Shown piece by piece: positions 1 through 8,337 of a stretch of DNA of 60,144 nucleotides. How positions within the stretch are numbered: position 1 is the first letter of the stretch; every line of letters starts with the position of its first letter. The notes under the pieces are model-generated. The model ran no database searches. It was given only the letters and a program-made list of their open reading frames with translations, and was not told where the DNA came from. Origin of the DNA: Deltaproteobacteria bacterium (GTDB lineage: Bacteria; Bdellovibrionota; JACOXK01; 2-02-FULL-40-11); NCBI GenBank assembly GCA_016198185.1, contig JACQJD010000093.1:1-60144 (forward strand), in the 5' to 3' direction. Position numbers and translations under genes: made by a program.

Positions 1-105
1 GTGCTGTTGTTAGGCTTTGTCTATTTTATTTCGTATTTTAAGAAATAGAAAATCTTTTAAGGCCTACTCTTAGGAATTTGTATTTGGAAAGCTTTTAACA
101 GCCCT

Positions 106-420
106 CTAGCGTACCAATTTATTGCCTGGTTTTCGGGGGGGATCCCCAGCCGGTCTGGGGGGCACTGCAGGATTATTTTTAAAATTGGGTGCTAATTCAG
201 CATTGATCTTTGCCCATGCTGGATCATTTTCCACAGTAGGCACAATGGCATCAATAGGACAAGCAGGTAGGCAGGCATCGCAATCAATACAGAGTTCGGG
301 GTCAATCACCATAAAAGGTTCTGCTTTATAGGCTCCGGGATAAATACAATCTACCGGGCAAACTTCTACGCAATCTGCATATTGTTCTCCCAAACATTTT
401 TCTGTAATGACGTATGCCAT
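106..420 (-). CDS. Ferredoxin, two-cluster (FdxA-like) type
   Basis: 104-aa ORF. Cys-cluster motifs CVEVCPVDCI and CIDCDACLPACP. N-terminus MAYVITEKC is typical of bacterial ferredoxins. Confidence 0.85.
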   Translation of the reverse strand: MAYVITEKCLGEQYADCVEVCPVDCIYPGAYKAEPFMVIDPELCIDCDACLPACPIDAIVPTVENDPAWAKINAELAPNFKNNPAVPPRPAGDPPRKPGNKLVR

Positions 421-504
421 AAAACCTCCTTAAAGATGTCGAAACTATATACTTCTTCAAATAAAAAGATCAATTATTTTTTCGGAGAGCTTGCTAGAAC
501 CAAA

Positions 505-1089
505 TTAACTTGCGCTGTTTTTGACGAACTCGGTAAAGTAAAATTGAACAATGGCGACGGGATCGACACGTTGGCCTTTAAAGGTCCAATGGGCTTCATT
601 GAATAAGCCCAATTCAATATCGAGATGATCCCCCAAGGTTTGTGAGTTTTTATCGGGAGGCGTGGGGATGCCATATTTTTTTTGAGCTACCGGTTTTTGA
701 TGAGGGTTAAATACGCCACCGGACAACGTATGAAAAGAACAGGCGATGCGACCTGGATTTGAAAAACCAATGACCAATTTCAAGCTGTTCCGAAACAATA
801 AAAAGTCAGCATCCGTATTGGCAATGCCATACACTTTTACGGTTTGACGTGGATTTTTTCGAAATTGGTTAAATTCTTCTGCGGCTTGTTGAAATTTCAG
901 TCGAAGATCTTTTAGAAATTGAATCGTATGATCTCGGGTGATGGTTTCTTCTTGCAGATGGCCAAAAACATCGATTTGACCCGTTTCTTCCATCGAAATT
1001 TCAGCATCGGCTAATTTTTTTAACCACTCTGTTGATTTCAGAAAAACCCTCCTTTCAAAAGAACGCATTAAGTGTATGGAATATTTCAA
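505..1089 (-). CDS. Hypothetical protein
   Basis: 194-aa ORF, co-oriented with and directly upstream of the ferredoxin gene. No motif recognised. Confidence 0.5.
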   Translation of the reverse strand: MKYSIHLMRSFERRVFLKSTEWLKKLADAEISMEETGQIDVFGHLQEETITRDHTIQFLKDLRLKFQQAAEEFNQFRKNPRQTVKVYGIANTDADFLLFRNSLKLVIGFSNPGRIACSFHTLSGGVFNPHQKPVAQKKYGIPTPPDKNSQTLGDHLDIELGLFNEAHWTFKGQRVDPVAIVQFYFTEFVKNSAS

Positions 1090-1211
1090 TAAATTTCAAG
1101 CGCAACGTTTAGTGCTATAAATTTAAGTGAGATTTGAAAGAGAAAAGATTTGCTTTTTTAAAAACACCCCCATAATATTGATGCGTTGTGTTAAAAAAAT
1201 AAGGAGGTGTT

Positions 1212-2828
1212 ATGCGTCGAGCATTCACATGGGTATTGTTGATCTGTGGCTTATTCCAAGGGATGGCAACTGCAGAGCAATTGTCATATGAAAAAAAGGT
1301 TTCTGATATTGGCCAGGTCATTCACATGGTTAAAACGCAATATGCGCCACTCTTATATAAGAAAGCGCGATTGGGATTGGATGTGGATGAGCTTCAAAAG
1401 AAGTATGTCCAGCGAGCAAAAGAAACCACCACCGCAGAATTTTATTATCTCGTCTTAAAGATGATTGCCGAGTTTAAGGATTCTCATTTTTCAGCACGAG
1501 TTCCAACGACGCATCTGTCCCACCTGGGTTTTTTTTGTGACTTGGTTCAAGGAAAGATTTTAATTGAATACATTGATCGTGGGGTTTTGCCTCGTTCTGT
1601 TTTTCCATTTTCCGTCGGAGATGAAGTGGTTTCCATGGGGGGCGAGCCTGCTTTAGAAGTTGCACGACGCAATGCTTCGTATATTGGGGATGGGAATGAA
1701 GAAACAAGCCTTCGTTTTGGGAGCATGTTGCTTGCTTATCGTCCAGGGTCGGTGATCCCCGTTGAATTAGGAGATACAACGGTTGCGGTGCGCAATGGTT
1801 CTTCTAAGGTTGAAAAAACCGTTACGCTGACCTGGAAAGAAGCAGGTGAGCCGTTGGATGAATTCAATCCCAAGAAAAATTTCTTGGCGGTGTTGCCTCC
1901 GAAATCTTCTAAGAAGACTTTCCGGCAATATGAATTATCTTTCCGTCACAAACTTGAAAACATGGTACCGAATATGGAATTAGGCTATTTGTGTTCGCCG
2001 TTTACGCGTATTCATATTCCGGAAGATGCAACGACACTCATGGTGGACCCTGTGCTTGCGTATTACCATCCGACCCCCAAAGGAAATATCGGGTATCTTA
2101 GAATTCCTCATTATATTCCCCCGATCGGTCCAAACGGCGAAGAAGATTTTACGGGTTACTTAAGGCAATTTGAATGGGTTATTTCAAAACTTGAGGAAAA
2201 GACCGTAGGCTTGGTGATTGACCAAGACCACAATTGCGGTGGAAGTGTGGCATTCTTGGAAAGCATGGCGGGTTTATTTATTCGTGAGCCCTTTACGCCC
2301 ATTCAGTTTCAATTTTTGGCGTCCAAGTCCGAATATTTAAACTTTAAATCTTGGATGGATACAGAACACCAAACGCTGGAAAATGAGTATTATGCTCAAA
2401 CGGTCGAACTGATTAAAAAACATTGGCTTTTGGGGGATTTCTTAACACCCAAAACAACATTTTTAAACAATCAGAAAGTTTATCCGAATCCAATCGGGTA
2501 TACAAAGCCTCTTTTGATTTTGATTGATGAAATGGCTGGATCTGGCGGAGATGCTTTCCCAGCCTTGCTTCAAGGGGTTGGCCGCGCGAAACTTTTAGGA
2601 AATCATACGATGGGTGCGGGTGGGCATGTAGAAACCATGCCACCGCTCAATGCATCTGCGATTTCGATTTCGATGACAAAATCACTCTTTTTCCGTCCCG
2701 ATGGTGTGGCGATCGAAAACCGTGGTGCAGAACCGGATTTCCCTTATCTTCCGACGCGAGAAGATTTTCTCAGCGAATATAGAGGATATCAGAAATTTTA
2801 TTTGAATAAAATTTTGGATATGCTTTAA
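1212..2828 (+). CDS. Secreted S41-family peptidase (CPAF/tricorn-core-like)
   Basis: 538-aa ORF preceded by a strong SD (aaggaggtg). Has an N-terminal signal peptide. The C-terminal block LILIDEMAGSGGDAFPALLQ resembles the S41 serine-nucleophile region. Confidence 0.7.
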   Translation: MRRAFTWVLLICGLFQGMATAEQLSYEKKVSDIGQVIHMVKTQYAPLLYKKARLGLDVDELQKKYVQRAKETTTAEFYYLVLKMIAEFKDSHFSARVPTTHLSHLGFFCDLVQGKILIEYIDRGVLPRSVFPFSVGDEVVSMGGEPALEVARRNASYIGDGNEETSLRFGSMLLAYRPGSVIPVELGDTTVAVRNGSSKVEKTVTLTWKEAGEPLDEFNPKKNFLAVLPPKSSKKTFRQYELSFRHKLENMVPNMELGYLCSPFTRIHIPEDATTLMVDPVLAYYHPTPKGNIGYLRIPHYIPPIGPNGEEDFTGYLRQFEWVISKLEEKTVGLVIDQDHNCGGSVAFLESMAGLFIREPFTPIQFQFLASKSEYLNFKSWMDTEHQTLENEYYAQTVELIKKHWLLGDFLTPKTTFLNNQKVYPNPIGYTKPLLILIDEMAGSGGDAFPALLQGVGRAKLLGNHTMGAGGHVETMPPLNASAISISMTKSLFFRPDGVAIENRGAEPDFPYLPTREDFLSEYRGYQKFYLNKILDML

Positions 2829-3048
2829 TAGAAGTGCCTGTCTGGTACGTGATTTGGGAGAGAAGTAAAACCGACACGTTTTTTGAAAGGGAGTCGCTGT
2901 TGGGCTCTGGTGAGCAGGCCCTTCGAGAGGGAAGCCTAAAGGAGTTCATTTGACGCCCACCTAGCTTGGGGGTTTTACTTAGCGCCAAACACGGCTACGA
3001 CGGGTTTTTTATTGACTCTTTCTTTTGGGTCACGATATCGTCACTGTC

Positions 3049-3771
3049 ATGCCAAAAGTATTATTGGTCGATGATTCCAGTACCATCCAAAAAGTTGCAA
3101 AGCTTATTCTAAAAGGATCCGCGTATTCTTTGCTCTCAGCCAGCGATATAGAGACTGCTCAAGCACTCGCCATGCAAGAAAAACCGGAAATCGCCGTTAT
3201 TGACTTTAAAATTGGAAATCAAAATGGCATGGAGCTGATTAAACGTATTAAAAATAATCCTGCCACTTCTCATATCAAAACAGCCCTTTTAGGGGCGGGT
3301 CTGGAAGAAAGTACGATCCAGTCTGAATCAGGTGTTGATGGTTGTTTATCCAAGCCCTTTCATTCGAAAGAATTTTTAGAATTACTTCGGCTTTTATATG
3401 AAAAGTCGAAGGCGCAGGCCTATACAGATGAAATGGGAAAAATTCCTGCCGTTCCTGAACAGTTTAAAAAGGATACCCCGCTTGAAAAGAGGGGTGAGCC
3501 TCCTTTAGAGGTTGTGCAGTCCGTGTCGTTTTCAATCCCTGAAAAAGGGGCCGCGCTTTTCAATGAAAAAGATTTAGAGGAAGCTTTCTCATCTTTAGAA
3601 AAAACGGTGTTATCTAAAGAAGTTGTGGTGTCGCAGCCTGTTTCTCAGGCTGAGTTTATTCAAGCCTTCTCGAAAGAAACGATTGAGAAAATGTGTCGAG
3701 AAATCATTCCCCCTTTGGCTGAAAAAATAATTCGCCAAGAAATCCAAAAAATTATTCGCGAAAAAGAATAA
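3049..3771 (+). CDS. Response regulator: receiver domain plus uncharacterised C-terminal region
   Basis: MPKVLLVDDSSTIQK..., a phospho-acceptor Asp context (IAVIDFKI) and a KPF motif. The ORF track starts at TTG 3025; ATG 3049 gives the canonical receiver N-terminus. Confidence 0.8.
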   Translation: MPKVLLVDDSSTIQKVAKLILKGSAYSLLSASDIETAQALAMQEKPEIAVIDFKIGNQNGMELIKRIKNNPATSHIKTALLGAGLEESTIQSESGVDGCLSKPFHSKEFLELLRLLYEKSKAQAYTDEMGKIPAVPEQFKKDTPLEKRGEPPLEVVQSVSFSIPEKGAALFNEKDLEEAFSSLEKTVLSKEVVVSQPVSQAEFIQAFSKETIEKMCREIIPPLAEKIIRQEIQKIIREKE

Positions 3772-3777
3772 ATTCAA

Positions 3778-4506
3778 ATGATCCAATTCAAAGGGCATCA
3801 TGTAAAACGCGTGACTTCAACGCAAGATCGTGCTCGCCGCCTTGCGAAACAAGGTGCTCTTGCAGGGACCTATGTGATGGCGGATGTCCAATCACGAGGG
3901 CGGGGGCGTTTGGAAAGATCTTGGAGTTCCCCACGGGGTGGAATTTATGCGACCCTTATTTTACGTCCTCATCTTAAACCCAATGGGGTGTCACAGCTTA
4001 CGTATGTGGCTGCTTTGGCCGTCGCCAAAGGGCTCAAAGCCTTTTTAAAGACCACTCCGAAAGTGAAATGGCCAAATGATGTTTTGGTGAACCGTAAAAA
4101 AATTGCCGGTATTTTAACTCAAGTGGAAATGAATGCTGAGGTTGAATTTGTCTTGATTGGAATGGGGATCAATGTAAATAGGCAACGCTTTCCAAAAAGT
4201 TTTCTTCATCCACCGACGTCTCTCAATTTGGAAACCAGCAAAGACCACGATCTAAAAACTGTTTTCAACCGAGTTCTGAAAGAATTCAACCTTTATTATG
4301 ATCTTTTTCAACGGAAAGGGTTTGGTGCCATCCAATCAGAATGGGAAAAATATTCTATGTTGACCGATCAAGAAGTGACGGTAAAAGATTTTGATCGAGA
4401 AATTCGAGGAAAATATAAAGGGATTGATGAAAAGGGGGGACTGATGCTAGAGACATCTGAGAAAAAAATAGTTCATGTTTATGCAGGGGATTTAATTTGC
4501 TTTTAG
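3778..4506 (+). CDS. birA: Biotin--[acetyl-CoA-carboxylase] ligase (no N-terminal HTH)
   Basis: GRGRLERSWSSPRGG motif and KWPNDV motif. Conserved birA-coaX adjacency with a 10-nt overlap. Confidence 0.85.
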   Translation: MIQFKGHHVKRVTSTQDRARRLAKQGALAGTYVMADVQSRGRGRLERSWSSPRGGIYATLILRPHLKPNGVSQLTYVAALAVAKGLKAFLKTTPKVKWPNDVLVNRKKIAGILTQVEMNAEVEFVLIGMGINVNRQRFPKSFLHPPTSLNLETSKDHDLKTVFNRVLKEFNLYYDLFQRKGFGAIQSEWEKYSMLTDQEVTVKDFDREIRGKYKGIDEKGGLMLETSEKKIVHVYAGDLICF

Positions 4507-5264
4507 TGTTGGATGTTGGGAATACGCAAGCCGTTTTAGGTGTGTATCATGACGAGCACTTAAAACGGGTCTATCGGGTCGAGACCTCTCAAGTTGCTGC
4601 TTATTTAAAAAAACAAAAGTCCAGATTTCGTAAGATAACGCATGTCATCATTTCCTCGGTGGTCCCCTCTCTAGATCGTTCTGTTCGAGAAGTCTTAAAA
4701 AACAGCTGGAAGCTAAAAAAGCTTCATTTTGTTACTTTTCAATCATGCATGCCGATTACGTTAAAAGTAGATAAACCTCGAGAGGTCGGTTCAGACCGCA
4801 TTTGTAACATGGTGGCTGCGTGGTCTCAGTTTAAAAAACCTGTTGTGATTGTGGATTTTGGAACGGCAACGACGTTGGAATATGTGGATCAAGCTGGGGT
4901 TTACAGAGGGGGTCTGATTGCGTTGGGATTAAAGGTTTCTAAAGATTCTTTATCGCAGAGAGCTGCAAAACTTCCCAAGGTTCAATTGGGATCGCCTAAA
5001 AAAATGTTGGGAACGAATACGGTTTCCCAAATGCAAGCGGGTATTGTGTTGGGATATGTGGAAATGATCCACGGTATTTTAAAACGTGTTTTTCAAGAGA
5101 TTGGGTTTCAACCGAAACTTATTTTTACTGGTGGGCTATCGTCGGTCATTCATCCGTATATTCACTACCCACACGACCATGATCCCAACCTAACCCTGAC
5201 GGGTCTTTATCTCTTGGCGCAATGGGCCTTTTTCAATGGGGCATCGGAGCATTCAGTTTATTGA
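4497..5264 (+). CDS. coaX: Type III pantothenate kinase
   Basis: MLLVLDVGNT N-terminus, DRI and GTATT motifs. Follows birA. Confidence 0.85.
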   Translation: MLLVLDVGNTQAVLGVYHDEHLKRVYRVETSQVAAYLKKQKSRFRKITHVIISSVVPSLDRSVREVLKNSWKLKKLHFVTFQSCMPITLKVDKPREVGSDRICNMVAAWSQFKKPVVIVDFGTATTLEYVDQAGVYRGGLIALGLKVSKDSLSQRAAKLPKVQLGSPKKMLGTNTVSQMQAGIVLGYVEMIHGILKRVFQEIGFQPKLIFTGGLSSVIHPYIHYPHDHDPNLTLTGLYLLAQWAFFNGASEHSVY

Positions 5265-5504
5265 TTCCTGTATAAGTAAAGTCGCATCTTTTGGCTCCTT
5301 TGCGCTTCGCAGCAATGAAAGGAAATCATTGTATTGTTGCTGGCTTACGCCAGCAACTGCATTGTGGCCTGCGACTGCGTCAGACTCACAAAATGTCCTC
5401 GACGTATCACCGTGGATACGCCTGCGGGCATTTTGCTCGTCTTCCTTGTCTCGGCTCAAAATGAGCTCAAAATCTCGCGACTTTACTTATACAGGAATCA
5501 ATAA
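5258..5504. repeat. Structured repeat element, copy 1 (247 nt)
   Basis: Perfect 28-bp terminal stem pairing 5258-5285 with 5477-5504. The 117-nt core at 5365-5481 is the reverse complement of 23582-23698, with 6 mismatches. The left arm contains the coaX stop codon. Confidence 0.85.
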
Positions 5505-5661
5505 GTTCCAACGTTCCTTGTTTTTAAATGGGAGTGGGCCTTTTTTTGTAACTATTTATTTAAATTTTAATCATATTTTAATAAAGGGCCTTATTACGAC
5601 CTCGCACAGCAGAAATCCTGTACAAACGTCTATGAATCGTCTATAATTCGACTATATACTG

Positions 5662-6696
5662 ATGGCTATATTTAAACCAGACTATACGGTTTCTTCAAAA
5701 TTACTTTCGAATATTAAGAAAATTACAATGCTCGTATATGATTTGAATCGCAAGCGCCTGCCGAAAATTGTTTTAATGGAAATGGTGCAGAATGCTCGTG
5801 AGATTTCGGCCCATGCTTCTACAAGCATCGAAGGCAACCCACTTCCTCTGACTGAAGTAAAGAGACTTCTCAAACATCATCCTAAACATGTTCGTGATAG
5901 TGAGAAAGAAGTGTTAAATTATAACGATGCCCTAATCTGGTTAGAACAATTTGTAAAAAATAAACCCGAAAAATTTGATTTATCTCTTGTGCTGGCAATT
6001 CATAAACATATTACACAGGAGCTTATCTCCATTTCTCGATGTGGTAAATTTAGGCAAGAAGCCGTTTTTGTAAATGATCCCATAAAAAGGAAGACGGTTT
6101 ATTGGCCTCCCGATCACGAAGATGTAGAAGCTTTAATGAAAGATTTGTTTGTTTATGTTTCTAAAAATATAAGCGTGCTCGATCCTCTCATTTTAGCGGG
6201 TATTTTCCATAAACAATTTGTCGTGATTCACCCATTTATGGATGGAAATGGCAGAACCGTTCGTCTCGCTACAAAAGTACTATTATCTGCGATGGGGCTT
6301 AATACCTTTAATCTTTTTAGTTTCGAGAATTATTATAATCAAAATGTTTCAAATTATTTTGAACATGTAGGCGTACAAGGGAATTATTATTATATTTATC
6401 AAAAAATTAATTTCACTTATTGGCTTGAATACTTTACAGATGGGATCATTGATGAACTTTTACGTGTTTCCAAAATTTTTGAAAAAAAGAGCATCACCCC
6501 AAAAACAATCTTGAAAGAACATCATCAAAAAATTTTGGATTATCTAAAGGCACATGATTTCCTAACCGACAAAATTTACTCAACTCTTACAAAGAGAGCA
6601 AAGCCAACACGCAATCAAGATTTTAACCGATTAATAGAGATGGGACTCATCGAGCGTATTGGTAAAGGAAAGGCAACCATTTACAGGCTTCAATAA
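5662..6696 (+). CDS. Fic-family protein (class II, N-terminal autoinhibitory helix, C-terminal winged-HTH-like tail)
   Basis: Active-site motif HPFMDGNGRTVR. Inhibitory motif STSIEG fits [ST]xxxE[GN]. Local sequence is AT-rich. Confidence 0.85.
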   Translation: MAIFKPDYTVSSKLLSNIKKITMLVYDLNRKRLPKIVLMEMVQNAREISAHASTSIEGNPLPLTEVKRLLKHHPKHVRDSEKEVLNYNDALIWLEQFVKNKPEKFDLSLVLAIHKHITQELISISRCGKFRQEAVFVNDPIKRKTVYWPPDHEDVEALMKDLFVYVSKNISVLDPLILAGIFHKQFVVIHPFMDGNGRTVRLATKVLLSAMGLNTFNLFSFENYYNQNVSNYFEHVGVQGNYYYIYQKINFTYWLEYFTDGIIDELLRVSKIFEKKSITPKTILKEHHQKILDYLKAHDFLTDKIYSTLTKRAKPTRNQDFNRLIEMGLIERIGKGKATIYRLQ

Positions 6697-7655
6697 GATA
6701 ATTTCTGTTTTATGAATTTTTCCAAAGGATGATTTTTTTCTTGTTCCAGGAGCTTACGAAAATGAGGTTGTCCTTTTTGATATTCTTTAAGCCATGATTT
6801 CGCAAAAGTTCCTTTTTTAATATTTTGAAGTATGACTTTCATTCGATGTTTTGTGGAAGCGTCAATGATGAACGGGCCTTGGCTTAAGGCGCCATAGGTT
6901 GCGATGGGACTAATGGATTGAGCGGTGCCTGAAAACCCTTTTTTCTGGAGAAAATCTGCCACGAAGGGGAGTTTATAAAAACATTCAAAATAAGCCATGA
7001 GCGGTGAAATGCCAGCCTCCACCAGAACTTCAAACCCCTTTTTAAGAATTTCATTGATGCCACCCGGCAACACACATTGCTCACTAAATAAATTGGAAAA
7101 GACCTCTTCCTCAAAAGTGGTTTTAAAAAGAAGAGCTCTCGTGGCGCCAATGGCTTTGCCATAAGCCAATGCGATAGATTTAATTTCTGCCTGACCCCAG
7201 GCAACAGCTGCTGCAACCCCCGACCCCTCGAGAAATTTTTCTCTTACCAAATACCCTGGACCTTTGGGTGCCAGTAAAAAATATTTTGAATTTTTGGGAA
7301 GGCCAATGGTTTTAAATACAATAGAAAAGCCATGTGCAAAACCAAGAATTTTGGAGGGGTGCCAATGAGGAAGAATCTCTTTTTGAAAAACATCTGGGTG
7401 TGCTTCGTCTGGCAGTAAAACCAGGATGATATCGGACCGCATGACGGCAGTGGCTATATCCCACACTTGAAATCCTAAGTTCTTTGCGGTGGTATGTGAA
7501 CGACTTTTAGCGCGAAGCCCAATGCAAACGGTGAGTCCGGAATCTTTTAAATTAAGGGCTTGGGCTCGGCCTTGACTGCCGAACCCAAGCACTGCAATTT
7601 TTTTAGAGGAAAGTGCAGATAAAGAAAGACGTTTATCTTCATAAACCTGCATCAT
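6690..7655 (-). CDS. ilvC: Ketol-acid reductoisomerase (class I)
   Basis: IAVLGFGSQGRAQALNLKDSG Rossmann motif. Length and overall pattern match KARI. Confidence 0.85.
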   Translation of the reverse strand: MMQVYEDKRLSLSALSSKKIAVLGFGSQGRAQALNLKDSGLTVCIGLRAKSRSHTTAKNLGFQVWDIATAVMRSDIILVLLPDEAHPDVFQKEILPHWHPSKILGFAHGFSIVFKTIGLPKNSKYFLLAPKGPGYLVREKFLEGSGVAAAVAWGQAEIKSIALAYGKAIGATRALLFKTTFEEEVFSNLFSEQCVLPGGINEILKKGFEVLVEAGISPLMAYFECFYKLPFVADFLQKKGFSGTAQSISPIATYGALSQGPFIIDASTKHRMKVILQNIKKGTFAKSWLKEYQKGQPHFRKLLEQEKNHPLEKFIKQKLSY

Positions 7656-8152
7656 TTGGTTTCGTAAAGCTCAATGCTTTTAAGCGTCCAACCATATTCT
7701 TTTTTCCCACCAAATAAAATGTAGCTTTCTTGCGCATAAGGATTGAGTCTCGATTCTTGAAAATTGCATTCGATCAGGATTTTGCCTGCCGGTCTATAAG
7801 GATGCCCCGCTCTGTCTTTTATGATGACTTCGATTGAAAATGTTCTTTTTCCTTCTGTGGTCCAGACATCTGGTTCTTGAGTCGAGGGATGTTCTGGCTG
7901 AGTGATTTCTTGACCCGTGACAACCGCTTCTTGTAAGTCCCAAGCTTCATAGTTTGAAAACTTGTCTTGTAATTCTAAAATGAGAGCGGTTTGTTCAGGT
8001 GTTGTTTTCAAAGCCTTTTCCCCCCCCATGATGGAATCATAAGCCAATTGTTGATGAAAACTTAAGGCGCCGCGCTGGGGTGCCGTTGGGCATCCAGTGA
8101 TCAGTCCGCACGCAGTGATTAGTATCCATAGCCAAGCATTTGCTTTTTTCAT
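7652..8152 (-). CDS. Lipoprotein, hypothetical
   Basis: Signal peptide with lipobox (LITGC). 4-nt overlap with ilvC downstream. Confidence 0.6.
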   Translation of the reverse strand: MKKANAWLWILITACGLITGCPTAPQRGALSFHQQLAYDSIMGGEKALKTTPEQTALILELQDKFSNYEAWDLQEAVVTGQEITQPEHPSTQEPDVWTTEGKRTFSIEVIIKDRAGHPYRPAGKILIECNFQESRLNPYAQESYILFGGKKEYGWTLKSIELYETK

Positions 8153-8214
8153 GGGGGGTCTCCTTTGTGAGTTTTTAGGTTATAGGTTATTGGGAATTTG
8201 CTGTTGAACGATTT

Positions 8215-8228
8215 TGTCATATATGACA
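8215..8228. promoter_or_regulatory. Perfect 14-bp palindrome TGTCATATATGACA, a candidate operator upstream of the copper oxidase gene
   Basis: Read directly from the sequence. Lies about 110 nt upstream of GTG 8338, in the divergent intergenic region. A second small hairpin (cagctt-ttt-aagctg) overlaps its last 2 nt and extends to 8241. Confidence 0.3.
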
Positions 8229-8337
8229 GCTTTTTAAGCTGTAAGATATCCTGCTGGGTCAGTCAATGTATTTCGTTCTCTGGATGATATCTATTGGCAA
8301 CGTGAATAAAGTATGGCAGTTTTTAAAAGCCTAAAAA

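Noticed and set aside
1-48. Possible 3' end of a plus-strand gene entering from the left edge (frame 1 reads VLLLGFVYFISYFKK, then a stop).
   Set aside because: Only 15 codons are visible, and another frame is equally open for 12 codons. It cannot be supported from this window.
2829-3024. Intergenic structured region considered as SRP (4.5S) RNA, a guanidine-I (ykkC), cobalamin or c-di-GMP riboswitch, 6S RNA, tmRNA or RNase P.
   Set aside because: There are partial resemblances (CAGGCCC...GGGAAGCC, CGAGAG, ACACGG). The defining cores are absent: GGAA tetraloop plus GGAAGCAGC for SRP, GGGA-AAAAGCCCGGGAGA for ykkC, and the B12 box. The downstream gene (a response regulator) also does not fit those classes.
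5258-5504. Structured element considered as an integron attC site, a classical MITE, a retron msr/msd or an IS200/IS605-type end.
   Set aside because: The arm termini (TTATTGAT/ATCAATAA) do not match the attC R''/R' consensus (RYYYAAC/GTTRRRY). MITE terminal repeats should be conserved rather than co-varying. No integrase, reverse transcriptase, TnpA or TnpB gene is present in 60 kb. These options cannot be fully excluded without the whole genome.
5236-5646. Track ORFs 5236-5646 (+, 136 aa) and 5253-5459 (-, 68 aa), plus a 51-codon ORF spanning copy 2 (ATG 23580 to TAA 23730), considered as possible small proteins encoded by the repeat element.
   Set aside because: All six nucleotide differences in the shared core change the amino acid in the common frame (P/L, H/R, L/H, V/A), and none is synonymous. 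Copy 1 lacks the ATG and has a TAA three codons upstream. The frames diverge completely after the 73-nt indel. This pattern fits a structural nucleic-acid element, not purifying selection on a peptide.
8020-8027. G8/C8 homopolymer inside the lipoprotein gene 7652-8152, considered as a slipped-strand phase-variation switch.
   Set aside because: An identical 8-nt tract occurs inside essential metH (38372-38379), also encoding Gly-Gly. The tract therefore looks like ordinary GGG Gly-codon usage rather than a contingency locus.
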